Below, piece after piece: positions 45,698-55,555 of a stretch of DNA of 64,000 bases. Each line of letters opens with the position of its first letter. Positions within the stretch are counted from its first letter, which is position 1. The notes beneath the pieces were generated by a model. That model saw only the letters and a list, made by a program, of their open reading frames with translations. It was not told the DNA's origin and made no database searches. The stretch lies in the NCBI GenBank assembly GCA_009886115.1, contig VFJJ01000018.1:1-64000 (forward strand), given 5' to 3'. The position numbers and the translations under genes are program-made. Source of the DNA: Actinomycetota bacterium (GTDB lineage Bacteria > Actinomycetota > Acidimicrobiia > IMCC26256 > VFJJ01).

Positions 45698-47089
45698 TCA
45701 GAGCTCGAGCAGGGCCTGTTCGACGGCCTCGGTGAGCGCGGGGTGGATGTAGATCACGTCATGGGCGAGCTGGTCGACGGTCTGGCCGAACGTCATGGCC
45801 TGCACGAGCGGCTGGATCAGGGTGGCCGCCTGGGGGCCCATGATGTGGGCGCCGAGCAGGAGTCGGGTCTCGGCGTCGGCGATCAGCTTCACGAACGAGG
45901 TCGTATCGCGGAGCGCCCATCCGTAGGCGGTGTGCGAGTAGTCGCGCACCGCGATCGACAGCGGACGTCCCGTCTCGCGGGCGGCGCGCTCGGTGAGCCC
46001 GACGGCCGCCACCTGCGGGTCGGCGAACACGGCGTGCGGGGCGAGGGGGAAGGTTCCCGTGCGGAGGTCGTCGGGGTGCAGGAGGTTGTGGCGCAGGGCC
46101 CGTCCCTCGGCATTGGCCATGTGCTTGAGCTGGAGGTGGTTCGCCAGGTCGCCGAACGCGAACACGCCGTCGACCGAGGTGCGGAGGTACTCGTCGACGA
46201 GCACATGACCATGGACGTCGACGGCGATCCCGGCCGCGGCGGCGTCGAGCAGATCACTGTTGGGGATTCGCCCGGTCGCCACGAGCACCGTGTCGACGGT
46301 GAGCTCCGATGGGCCGACCGTCTCGGCCCCGGCCGATGGCCTCGATGTCGACGTGAGGTTGAGCATGATCCCTTCACCACGCTGGCGCATCCCCACCACG
46401 CGAGCGTTCGTGTGGATCTCGAATCGTCCTCGGGCGATCTCGGTGAAACGCCGGCTCACGTCGTGATCTTCGGCGGTGAGCAGCTCGGCGCCGCGCTGGA
46501 CGATCGAGACGTGCGAGCCGAGCGCCTGGAAGACGTGGCCCAGCTCGGCGGCGATGAACCCACCTCCGATGATGGCCAACCGGGCCGGGAGGGTTTCGAG
46601 GCGCATGATCGTGTCTGAGGTGTGGAACGGAACCTCGTCGAGCCCGGGGATGTCGGGGATCATCGGCCGGGCTCCGGCAGCCAGGACGATTCGGTCGCCG
46701 GTGATGCGCTGACCGTCGATCTCGAGCACCTTGGGAGCCACGAAACGGGCCGTACCCTCGTACACGACGGTACCCGTCCGGCGGCGGTACTCGATGGCGC
46801 TGGCGTGCGCGGGATCGATGGGGGCGAAGACCCGGTCCCGAATGGCTGGCCAGTCGACGGCGTCGAGGCTCGCAGTGATGTCGAAGCGGGCCGCGTGGCG
46901 GACGTGCTCGGCGATGTCGGCGGAGTGGACGAAGATCTTCGACGGGATGCAGCCTCGGTTCAGGCACGTGCCGCCGAAGCGGTCGCGCTCGACGATCGCG
47001 ATGCGCCATCCCTCGAATTCCGGTCCGGGGAGCATGTTGCCGCTGCCGGCCCCGACGATCACCAGGTCGTAGCGCTCCACTGTGGCCAC
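45698..47089 (-). CDS. mtr: Mycothione reductase
   Basis: GAGSGN, GGTCLNRGCIPSK, QLKHMANAE, YIHPALTEAVE. Confidence 0.85.
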   Translation of the reverse strand: MATVERYDLVIVGAGSGNMLPGPEFEGWRIAIVERDRFGGTCLNRGCIPSKIFVHSADIAEHVRHAARFDITASLDAVDWPAIRDRVFAPIDPAHASAIEYRRRTGTVVYEGTARFVAPKVLEIDGQRITGDRIVLAAGARPMIPDIPGLDEVPFHTSDTIMRLETLPARLAIIGGGFIAAELGHVFQALGSHVSIVQRGAELLTAEDHDVSRRFTEIARGRFEIHTNARVVGMRQRGEGIMLNLTSTSRPSAGAETVGPSELTVDTVLVATGRIPNSDLLDAAAAGIAVDVHGHVLVDEYLRTSVDGVFAFGDLANHLQLKHMANAEGRALRHNLLHPDDLRTGTFPLAPHAVFADPQVAAVGLTERAARETGRPLSIAVRDYSHTAYGWALRDTTSFVKLIADAETRLLLGAHIMGPQAATLIQPLVQAMTFGQTVDQLAHDVIYIHPALTEAVEQALLEL

Positions 47090-47482
47090 CTGCCCTCGGG
47101 GTTGGGTCGGTGGTGAGTCTCCCGCCGAAAGGACCCGTTCCCGGGATCGAGGTGAAGCCGGGTGTTGTGCGCTCGGCGGCGGCTCAGGAGGATGGCTCAG
47201 GAGGATGGCGCGGATCGGCGGCGGAGCACGACGACGACTCCCCCTCCGATCGCTGCGACCGCGGCGAGGATCCCGACCACCACGGCCGCACCCCCACCGT
47301 CACCGTGAGTGGGAACGCAACCCGGTCCTGAGCGGCGATGAGACCGCCTTCCCACCGTGAACAGCACGGCTCCCGAGGACTTCGATCCGATTCGCTGGGA
47401 GACGTCGTCCCGACGCCGCACCCGGGACCACTTGGGACCGCTCGGCTCGGTGTGCCGGTGGTCGATCGGCCAACATCGCCGC

Positions 47483-48022
47483 ATGGGTGATCGACGGGCG
47501 TTCCGAAGTGTGGTCGTGGCGATGGCTGGCGCGTGTGCCATGACGCTGGCTGGCGCGTGCGCCGGCGACGATGATTCCGACGATGATTCCGACGGTGATC
47601 GCCTCGCTTCGGTCTGTGACTCCGTCGAGGTGCTCGTCGAACCCATCCAGGGTCACGTCCTGCCCGGGGTGGCCGTCTCGTACCGGTACCATCCGCCCAC
47701 GTCGGGACAGCACGTCCCCGAGCTGCCCGAGGCGGGAGTGCACACCGTGCCGATAGACGAGACCCGCCAGGTCTTCGCCCTCGAGAACGGCTTCGTGATG
47801 CTCCAGTACGGGCCCGCTGTCTCCGATGACGATCAACGTGCACTCGAAGCGCTGGCCGAGCTGGACGACCGCGTGATCGTGGCCCCTGCGGTGTCGATCG
47901 ACGACGACAGAGTCATCGCGCTGACGGCCTGGCAGCGGCGCCAGCTCTGCGGCGGTGTCTCGACCGACGATGTCCGCTCGTTCGTGGCGAGCCACGTCGG
48001 CCAAGGGCCCGAGAGTGCGTGA
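47483..48022 (+). CDS. DUF3105-like lipoprotein
   Basis: LAGAC lipobox; H-x-YxxxPPTSGQH, LENGFVMLQY, IALTAW. Confidence 0.75.
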   Translation: MGDRRAFRSVVVAMAGACAMTLAGACAGDDDSDDDSDGDRLASVCDSVEVLVEPIQGHVLPGVAVSYRYHPPTSGQHVPELPEAGVHTVPIDETRQVFALENGFVMLQYGPAVSDDDQRALEALAELDDRVIVAPAVSIDDDRVIALTAWQRRQLCGGVSTDDVRSFVASHVGQGPESA

Positions 48023-49193
48023 GCTCCCGGCTCGGCTCTGGTGGGGGAGCAGCGGTGCACCGTCGTCAGCCGGAGTGTGCCGTCGGCGGTCGCGGTCGCC
48101 CGTCACGTCGCTGGTGATCGTGGTCCTGGGGTTGCTCCTCGGGCTGGTCATCGGGGCCTCGCCCGCCGGCGCCGACCCCGCCGAGCCCACGAACTACCGA
48201 TCGCGGGTGCTGGCCGAGACGCCCGACGCTCCCGGTGTCGAGGTCCGGATCGAGGGCGGCGACGCGTTCGTCACGATCGAGGTCGAACCCGGTCACACCG
48301 TGATCGTCGAGGGTTACGACGGCGAGGAGTGGCTGCGCGTCGACCCCGAGGGCACCGTGTCGCAGAACCTCCGGTCGCGAGCCACGTACCTGAACGGTGA
48401 TCGTGTCGTCGACTCGGCGCTCCTGGCGGACGTTCCGACCGGCATCGCTCCGACCGATCCGCCCGAGCATGAGGTGGTGGGCGACGGGGGGCGCTACACG
48501 TGGCACGACCACCGCACACACTGGATGTCCCCCGACCCACCTCCGAGCGTGATCGGACGGGAGTCGGAGACGGTCGTCGTTCCCCTCGTCGCCGGTTCGT
48601 CAGAATGGACCATCGGCCTGATCGTCGACGGCACACCGACGGTCGTCACGGGCCAGTTGGTCTGGAACCCGGATGTTCCTTCGGGATGGCGGATCGCCAC
48701 CATCGCTCTGGGACTGACGGTCGCGGCAGTCGCCTGGAGGCGAGGGGCGGCATCGCTGCGGTGGAGTGCACCGCTCGTGGGCCTGGCCGGCCTGGCGATG
48801 CTCGTCGTGGCGGTCGGGGAGTGGCGCGGCCAGCCGGCAGCTGTCCGGGGCTCGGGCACCGAGGTGATCACCCCGACCGTGGTCGTCGTGCTCGCTGCGG
48901 TGGGCGTCTGGCAATCGACGCGGCGGCGCGATCGGCGTGACCTGTCCGCCTTGGCGACACTGGGCGCCACCCTGATCGGGATCCTCTGGGCGTTCGGCCG
49001 CACCGAGACGATCAGGCTGCCCGTCCTGCCGTCGACGCTGTCGTCGGCCACGCTCAGGGTGCTGTACGTGGCGATCGTGGCCCTGATCGCAGCGGGCGCC
49101 GGAGCCGCTCGCGTCGTGCTCGTGTCGGTGGGAGGACCGACGGCGTCCCGGGCGGCGCCGCGTCGGCGGATCGGGCCCACCCGGCGCCGATGA
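48015..49193 (+). CDS. Hypothetical membrane protein with exported domain (WHDHRTHW motif)
   Basis: Signal-like segment ending PAGA-DP, soluble domain, ~5 C-terminal TMs. Coupled to both neighbours; start uncertain. Confidence 0.7.
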   Translation: MRELPARLWWGSSGAPSSAGVCRRRSRSPVTSLVIVVLGLLLGLVIGASPAGADPAEPTNYRSRVLAETPDAPGVEVRIEGGDAFVTIEVEPGHTVIVEGYDGEEWLRVDPEGTVSQNLRSRATYLNGDRVVDSALLADVPTGIAPTDPPEHEVVGDGGRYTWHDHRTHWMSPDPPPSVIGRESETVVVPLVAGSSEWTIGLIVDGTPTVVTGQLVWNPDVPSGWRIATIALGLTVAAVAWRRGAASLRWSAPLVGLAGLAMLVVAVGEWRGQPAAVRGSGTEVITPTVVVVLAAVGVWQSTRRRDRRDLSALATLGATLIGILWAFGRTETIRLPVLPSTLSSATLRVLYVAIVALIAAGAGAARVVLVSVGGPTASRAAPRRRIGPTRRR

Positions 49194-49849
49194 GCGCCCT
49201 CACGCGCACGGGCCGTCGAGCGGCGTTCCTCGGGGTCGTCGGCGCGCTTTCGTTTGCGGCCCTCGCTGCCCTGGCGGTCGCCGGGGCCGCTCCCGCGTTC
49301 GCCCATGCCTCCCTCGCCGAGTCGACCCCGAGCGATGGTGCGATCCTCGAGGAGGCCCCGACCGAGGTGGCCCTGCGGTTCACCGAGCCGGTCGAGGTCT
49401 CCGACGATCCGGTGAAGGTGTACGACGACGCCGGCGCCCGCCTCGACCGGGGAGGGGCGAGCCTCGAACCGGGCGGCTCGGTGCTACGACTGCCCCTGCC
49501 CGTCTCCGTGTGGTTCGGCGGCCTGGTGTTCCTGGCCCTCGCCTTGCGTTCGGGACGCCCGTCTGCGGGCTCGGCCGAGATCGACCGGGGAGCACTCGTG
49601 CGCCGGTGCTCCCGCGTGGCCACCGTCGCCCTGGTTGCGGTGGTCGCTTCGGGGACGGTCTACGCCATCGCTCAGACGCGCTCGGTCGACGCCCTCACCT
49701 CCACCACGTACGGGCGCCTACTGCTCGTGAAGGTGGGCGTGGCCGTCCTCCTGGCCACGGTGGCTGGGACGTACGAGGTGACGGTCGTCGCGCGGGTCTC
49801 GGAATTCGATGAGGTGTCAGCCACCACGAGGGTGGTGGTCGCCCCATGA
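49190..49849 (+). pseudogene. Internally deleted CopC-CopD copper-resistance fusion
   Basis: AFA-HASLAESTP...LRFTEPV (CopC N-half) jumps to VWFGGL...TTYGRLLLVK (CopD fragment), then to RVSEFDE (C-terminal strand). Only 219 aa. Confidence 0.7.
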
Positions 49850-49965
49850 GCCGGCCGCCGGTGAGCGTCTGCCGGCAGGTTGAGCGCAGGCGGCGCAGCC
49901 CCTAGGGTCGCCGCCGATTCGGTTCAGCGGCTGGGGCTGGACGCGACGGAAGACACGGCCGACAC

Positions 49966-50745
49966 ATGGCGGGGCAACTCCTTCTCGAGTACCGCGGCCC
50001 GATCGCGGTGCTCACCAACGACAACGTCGACAAGCACAACGCGTTCGACGACGACATGGACGTCCAGCTCTTCGATGCGTTCACCGAGCTCAAGGCACGC
50101 AACGACATCCGGGCGGTCATCTGGCGGGGCAACGGGAAGTCGTGGTCGTCGGGTCGCGACGTCGGCTCAATCGGCCAGCAGAAGACCACCCTGACCCACC
50201 ACGAGCTGATGACCAGAGGTATCCGCGGGGTGCAGCAGATCTTCGAGATCGAAGCCCCGATCATCGTGGCGATCCAGGGCTGGGCGATGGGCGGCTCGTT
50301 CCAGCGGGCCCTGTTGTGCGACATCCGCATCGCCGCCGAGGGTGCCCGCTTCAGGCTCCCCGAGGTCGGCCACGGCGTCATTCCCGACACGGGTGGGGTG
50401 GCCCGCCTCTACCAGATGTGCGGCCACGGCGTCGTCACCGACATGGTGTTGACCGGCCGGATCATGAGTGCCGCTGAGGCGCTCTCGCTCGGTGTGGTGT
50501 CGCGGGTCGTGGCGCCCGACACGCTCGACGACACGGCCTGGGAGATGGCCGAGCAGATCGCGGCCTCGCCCGCGATCGCAGTGAAGCTGGCCCGGCGGGT
50601 CCTCAAGCACCTCTCCGAGCCGTCGCTGCGGGCCTCGATGGAGGACGAGCTCTTCTACCAGACGTTCCTGAACAAGTCAGACGACTTCGCCGAGTTCCGC
50701 GCCGCCCGAGCCGAGGGCCGCGACCCTCGTTACACAGGAAGCTGA
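49966..50745 (+). CDS. Enoyl-CoA hydratase/isomerase
   Basis: SSGRD, AIQGWAMGG, LPEVGHGVIPDTGG. Confidence 0.9.
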   Translation: MAGQLLLEYRGPIAVLTNDNVDKHNAFDDDMDVQLFDAFTELKARNDIRAVIWRGNGKSWSSGRDVGSIGQQKTTLTHHELMTRGIRGVQQIFEIEAPIIVAIQGWAMGGSFQRALLCDIRIAAEGARFRLPEVGHGVIPDTGGVARLYQMCGHGVVTDMVLTGRIMSAAEALSLGVVSRVVAPDTLDDTAWEMAEQIAASPAIAVKLARRVLKHLSEPSLRASMEDELFYQTFLNKSDDFAEFRAARAEGRDPRYTGS

Positions 50746-50751
50746 CGAGCC

Positions 50752-51636
50752 ATGACCGAGCTGATCGGGTTGCCCGAACCGCCGACTGTGGGGGCATCGG
50801 CCCTGCCCGCGGGAACCTATGACGGCGCCACCGTGTTCGTCACCGGCGGTGGGACGGGCCTGGGCAAGGCCATCGCGCAGGAGTACGCCCGTCTGGGCGC
50901 CGCGGTGGTGATCGCCAGCCGCAAGCCCGACCACCTCGCCGCTGGCCAGGAGGCCATCGAAGGCCTGGGCGGCAAGGTCCTGGTCGTCGGGTGCGACATC
51001 CGCGACCCCGACTCGATCGCCGCCGCGTTCGATGCTGCCGAGGCCCGTTTCGGGCTGCCGTCGGTGCTCGTCAACAACGCCGCGGCCAACTTCCCCGTGC
51101 CCGCCGAGGACATGTCGCCCAACGCCTGGCGCACCGTCGTCGACATCACCCTCAACGGCACGTTCTTCTGCTCGCGCGAGTTCGGTCGTCGGCATCTCGC
51201 GATCGGCACCCACGGCTCGATCGTCAACGTCGGCGCGTCGTACGCATGGACGGGCGGCCCCGGGTTCGCCCATTCCGCGGCGGCCAAGGCCGGGGTGAAG
51301 AACATGACCGAGACCCTGGCCGTCGAGTGGGGCCCCTACGGGATCCAGGTGAACGGGCTCGTACCCGGTCTGTTCCCCCACGAGGACATGACCGCCGACA
51401 TCCAGAGCAACCTCGTACGCACCAGCGACAAAGACGTGTGCCAGCCGGCGTTGCGCGTCGGGCGGCTCCGGGAGCTGGGCTGGGCGGCGACGTTTCTCAC
51501 CTCGCCTTACGCCCGCTTCATCTCGGGCCACACCCTCGTCGTCGACGGCGCCAACTGGCAGCGGCGCTCGATGACCAACCCGCCCGTCGTCAGCATCCGC
51601 GACCAGATGGGCAAGGGCCCCTTCGAGATCGGCTGA
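50752..51636 (+). CDS. SDR oxidoreductase (2,4-dienoyl-CoA reductase-like)
   Basis: TGGGTGLG, NNAAANF, HSAAAKAG, LAVEWG. Confidence 0.9.
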   Translation: MTELIGLPEPPTVGASALPAGTYDGATVFVTGGGTGLGKAIAQEYARLGAAVVIASRKPDHLAAGQEAIEGLGGKVLVVGCDIRDPDSIAAAFDAAEARFGLPSVLVNNAAANFPVPAEDMSPNAWRTVVDITLNGTFFCSREFGRRHLAIGTHGSIVNVGASYAWTGGPGFAHSAAAKAGVKNMTETLAVEWGPYGIQVNGLVPGLFPHEDMTADIQSNLVRTSDKDVCQPALRVGRLRELGWAATFLTSPYARFISGHTLVVDGANWQRRSMTNPPVVSIRDQMGKGPFEIG

Positions 51637-51745
51637 GAACGTGTCGGGCCTCCCGGTGCCTGGCTCGCCGGCTGGTCGGCTGGTCGAGCTCGTCGAGCTG
51701 GTCGAGTGGTGGAGGGTCCCCGGAGGTGGGGACTAGACATGGACC

Positions 51746-52684
51746 GTGCACGCCGACGACGAGTTCCACGATCCGACGAGCGACGATCCCTACTTCACCG
51801 AGACGTGCTGGTTCACGTTCACGGTCCCCGAGCGACGCTTGTCGGGCCAGCTCTACCCGTTCTTCCGCACGAACCAGGGGGTGGCGGCTGGCGGGGCCTA
51901 TTTCTGGGACGACCAGGGTGACCAGCTCTGGAACTGCTTGTACGCCAAGAACTTCTGGCACCTGCCGATTCCCGCACAGCCCTTGAGCGACATCTCGCTT
52001 CCGAACGGGATCAGCTACCAGTGCCTCGAGCCGCTCTCCCGTTATCGGGTGCGGTACGACGACCCCGACGGGGGCGACGAGATCCACGTCGATCTCACGT
52101 TCACCGGCGTGCTCCCACCCCACTACCTCGGTTCGTCGCACCTCGACCAGCCGGGTCGCTACCAGGGCACGATCGTCCTGCGGGGCGAGGAGATACTGGT
52201 CGACTCCTTCGGCTTTCGTGACCGCTCGTGGGGCGTGCGCACCCAGTTCGGCCAAGGACTCACCGGATCGCCGGCCCCGAACGGCGGCTACAGCTACGCG
52301 ACGGCCTCCGAAGCGGATGCCTTCCACACGATCAGCATGAACTACGCCGGCACGGGCTGCCTCAACATCCACGGATATCTCCTGCGCGACGGCACCTGGG
52401 CGAGGCTGGCCTCGGGCCGACGCGATGTCGTCGAGCGGTCCCCGTCCACGGGTTACCCGACGCGGGTGGCGATCGACGCGACCGACGAGCTGGGCCGGGC
52501 GCTGCACGCCGAGGGCCGTACTCTCAACGGTTTGGGGTTGCACCTCAACCCCAACCTCTTCACGGTGAACTCCCTCACCGAGTGGACGTTCGATGGCGTC
52601 ACGGCGTTCGGCGAAGACCACGACAACTGGAGCGCCCCGGCCATCCGCCGCTTCGCCCGCGATCACCTCGGCTTCGGGTCCTAG
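51746..52684 (+). CDS. Conserved hypothetical protein (AttH/tocopherol-cyclase-like beta fold)
   Basis: DDEFH...ETCWFTF, HLDQPG, RDRSWG; aromatic- and beta-rich. Confidence 0.7.
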   Translation: MHADDEFHDPTSDDPYFTETCWFTFTVPERRLSGQLYPFFRTNQGVAAGGAYFWDDQGDQLWNCLYAKNFWHLPIPAQPLSDISLPNGISYQCLEPLSRYRVRYDDPDGGDEIHVDLTFTGVLPPHYLGSSHLDQPGRYQGTIVLRGEEILVDSFGFRDRSWGVRTQFGQGLTGSPAPNGGYSYATASEADAFHTISMNYAGTGCLNIHGYLLRDGTWARLASGRRDVVERSPSTGYPTRVAIDATDELGRALHAEGRTLNGLGLHLNPNLFTVNSLTEWTFDGVTAFGEDHDNWSAPAIRRFARDHLGFGS

Positions 52685-52695
52685 CCGTGCTCGCC

Positions 52696-53640
52696 ATGGA
52701 GTACCGGTATCCCTTCGCCCCCTATCCCACCGGGTGGTATCTCGTGGCCACCTCGAGCGAGGTGGCCGTCGGATCGGTGACGCCGCTGCGTTTGTTCGGC
52801 CGCGATCTCGTGGTGTTCCGCACGGCGTCGGGCCAAGCGGTGGTGACCGATGCCCACTGCCCGCACATGGGTGCGCATCTGGGCTACGGCGGGCAGGTGC
52901 ACGGCGAGACGATCCGTTGTCCCTTCCACCACTGGAGCTTCGGCGTCGACGGAGCCTGCGTCGAGGTCCCGTACGCGCCGGTCGGTGCTGCGCCGCCGAC
53001 GGTGGGTCTGTCGTGCTGGCCCGTGCACGAGACGAGCGGGCTCGTGCTCGTGCACCACAGCGAGCACGGTCGGGCGCCGTCGTGGACCATGCCCGCTCGT
53101 CCCGAGTGGGGCGCTCCGGGCTGGGTCGGATACGAGTCTGTTTCGTGGCGCATCCGGATGCACGTGCAGGAAGTGGCCGAGAACGTGCCCGACACGTCGC
53201 ACTTCCTCGCAGTGCACGGGGTCGACCCGATGCCCACGTCCGAGGTCGAGACCGACGGTCCGGTGTTCCGTCAACAGATGCGTTTTCCCGATGGCACGCC
53301 TGTCGTCGAGCAAGAGGTGTTCGGCCTGGGGCTGATCTGGCTCAGGAGTGGCGCGCCTGGCGGCCCGCCGGGACTCCGGACGTCGTTCCTCACCGCCACG
53401 ACCCCGATCGATGATCAGCATGTCGATCTCCGGCTCCTGTATCTCGTCTACGAAGGCGAGGGAGCGACGGAGATATCACCCACGGGTCGAGCCATGATCG
53501 CCTCGATCAGTGACAACACGGCGCGCGATGTCCCGATCTGGGAGCACAAGGTGTATCGGGAACGTCCGGCGCTCGTCGCCACCGACGGACCGATCGGGGT
53601 GTTGCGGAAATGGGCCCGCCAGTTCTACGAATCCCCGTGA
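52696..53640 (+). CDS. Rieske non-heme iron oxygenase (KshA/Neverland-like)
   Basis: CPHMG...CPFHHW, ENVPDTSHFLAVH, DVPIWEHK. Confidence 0.88.
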   Translation: MEYRYPFAPYPTGWYLVATSSEVAVGSVTPLRLFGRDLVVFRTASGQAVVTDAHCPHMGAHLGYGGQVHGETIRCPFHHWSFGVDGACVEVPYAPVGAAPPTVGLSCWPVHETSGLVLVHHSEHGRAPSWTMPARPEWGAPGWVGYESVSWRIRMHVQEVAENVPDTSHFLAVHGVDPMPTSEVETDGPVFRQQMRFPDGTPVVEQEVFGLGLIWLRSGAPGGPPGLRTSFLTATTPIDDQHVDLRLLYLVYEGEGATEISPTGRAMIASISDNTARDVPIWEHKVYRERPALVATDGPIGVLRKWARQFYESP

Positions 53641-53691
53641 GCCGAGGCCCTGACAGGATTTCCGGCCGAGCTGATCCCGGTCGCCTGCTTA

Positions 53692-53741
53692 CCGGCTGAT
53701 CCGGCTGATCCGGCTGAGCCGGCTGATCCGGCTCAGCCGGC
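53692..53741. repeat. 9-bp tandem repeat (CCGGCTGAT, ~5.5 copies) able to form a hairpin
   Basis: 53710-53718 pairs with 53732-53740. Lies between convergent genes and overlaps a stop codon. Confidence 0.85.
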
Positions 53742-54227
53742 GATGTCGACGATGTCCTGGATGAGCAGGACGGCCAGCAGGCACATGACGGCGACGGCGA
53801 TCGCCGAGAAGCGCCACCGCCATTTGTGGTCGACGGCGAAGAACCGTCTTATCGCGAAGACATCGCAGACCATGGCGATGATGCCGATGACGAGGCCGAT
53901 CACGACGCCCGTCCCGGCGACGAGGCCCAAGGCCGGCAGGACGAACGGGAACACCAAGTACGTCAGGGTGCACCGAATCGTGGAGATGACCATCGATTTC
54001 CGAAATGCTCTGACGGCACCAGCGGGCGCGCCGCCTTGGTGGTGCTCCGGAACCCGCAGGAGTTGACGCACGAGAACGTCGGCCCGCGACCGTTGGGGCC
54101 CTTCGGTTCCGGCGAGGGCAGCGGATCCTGCGTGTGAAACGGCTTCGGTGCCGACGCTGACCTCGGTGCCGTGGCGGAACGGACACCCGGTGACGGTGGC
54201 GGTGGCGGTGGCTTGGAGCTGGGTCAT
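53733..54227 (-). CDS. Hypothetical 3-TM membrane protein
   Basis: GCPF N-terminus; ISTIRCTLTYLVFP, RRFFAVDHKWRW. Confidence 0.75.
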   Translation of the reverse strand: MTQLQATATATVTGCPFRHGTEVSVGTEAVSHAGSAALAGTEGPQRSRADVLVRQLLRVPEHHQGGAPAGAVRAFRKSMVISTIRCTLTYLVFPFVLPALGLVAGTGVVIGLVIGIIAMVCDVFAIRRFFAVDHKWRWRFSAIAVAVMCLLAVLLIQDIVDIAG

Positions 54228-54514
54228 GACGCCTCCTGCATGGCGATTCGAGCGGGTGCGAGCGGGTCGATCGTCGGCATCGTGACGCCGTAGGAGGCGA
54301 GCACTGACAAGGCCGCCTGCTCGTCTCCGGCGGCGATCAGGCTCTTGATCGTGCGCGTCGGTGCATGGAGGAGCTTGTTGGCGGTGGCGCGCGCAACGGC
54401 AGCCATGGCTTCGGGCGCCACGCCCGACTCGTCCAGCGTCATCGGGGTGCTCGTTGCATCAGCGTTCCTTCTCACATCGCCGCCGGCCCGTCGGATTCGG
54501 CGAGCAGTGGTCAT
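54224..54514 (-). pseudogene. Fragment resembling the glutamyl-tRNA reductase dimerisation domain
   Basis: ARATANKLLHAPTRTIK matches the HemA C-terminal motif (NKLLHxPT). No catalytic domains upstream. Confidence 0.55.
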
Positions 54515-54758
54515 CTTGCGCCCCGTGCGGGGTCGCCATCATCCGCAGAGGGAGCGCCCTCCGCAACCGTGACGGCGACCTTGGTGCCCTGTCGTCGCTT
54601 TTGGGAAGAATCACCTCCTCAAGTCACCGAGCAAGACGCTCGAGGCGCGGCACTCGCAGGTTGGGTGTTGACTGAGTCAAGAGGTGGGGTTAGGGTCCAC
54701 TTCTGGCCCGACCAACGGCTCGGGCGGGGCCACGGCGACCGCAACAGGAGGCACGGAG

Positions 54759-55514
54759 ATGATCTTCGATCTGGCGGGACGCGTGGCCGTGGTGACCGGG
54801 GCCGGCCAGGGCGTCGGGGCGGGGATCGCCCGGATGCTCGCCGCCCAGGGTGCAGCCGTGGCTGTGAACGACCTCCTGGCCGAGCGGGCGCAGGCGACGG
54901 TCGATGCCATCACGGCCAAGGGCGCCAAGGCGATCGTGTCGGCCTTCGATGTCACCGACTACAACGCGGTGACCGCCGCGATCGCCGACGTCGAGCGCCA
55001 GTTGGGCCCCGTCGACATCCTCGTCAACAACGCTGGCAACGGTGGCGCTGAGCGCATGCGCCCCGCCCAGTTCCGCGACACCGATCCGGCCGAGTGGCGG
55101 GGCGCGATCGACGTGAACCTCTACGGCGTCATGAATTGCTGCCGGGCCGTCATCAACGGCATGTGCGAGCGGCAGCACGGACGGATCGTCACGATCTCGT
55201 CGGGCGCCGGCTCGGTGGGCCTGAACATCGGTGTGTCGGCCTACGGCGGGGGCAAGGGTGGAGGCCAGGGCTTCATGCGCCACCTGGCGGTCGAGAACGC
55301 ACGGCAGGGCGTCACGGCGAACTCGGTGGCGCTCGGGCTCATGCGCTTCGAGGGTGAGCGGACCGTGACCGCAGGGCTCGAGCGCACCATTCCCGTGGGC
55401 CGCTTGGGTGAGCCCGACGACGTGGGCGCGATCTGCGTGTACCTGGCATCAGACGAGGCGGCGTGGGTCACCGGCCAGACCATCCATGTCAACGGCGGGA
55501 ACGTCACCTCCTGA
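54759..55514 (+). CDS. SDR oxidoreductase (FabG-like)
   Basis: TGAGQGVG, NNAG, YGGGK. Confidence 0.92.
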   Translation: MIFDLAGRVAVVTGAGQGVGAGIARMLAAQGAAVAVNDLLAERAQATVDAITAKGAKAIVSAFDVTDYNAVTAAIADVERQLGPVDILVNNAGNGGAERMRPAQFRDTDPAEWRGAIDVNLYGVMNCCRAVINGMCERQHGRIVTISSGAGSVGLNIGVSAYGGGKGGGQGFMRHLAVENARQGVTANSVALGLMRFEGERTVTAGLERTIPVGRLGEPDDVGAICVYLASDEAAWVTGQTIHVNGGNVTS

Positions 55515-55555
55515 GCGCGGCCCGGCCCCCGACGACGCCGAAGCTCAGGTCTCCC

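Noticed and set aside
47197..47310. Minus-strand GGGAAVVVGILAAVAAIGGGVVVVLRRRSAPSS* resembling a C-terminal membrane anchor
   Set aside because: No credible start or upstream domain. Possibly a gene scar, but too short to call.
54685..54703. IdeR/DtxR-like box upstream of the hemA fragment
   Set aside because: Only about 11 of 19 positions match and the symmetry is poor.
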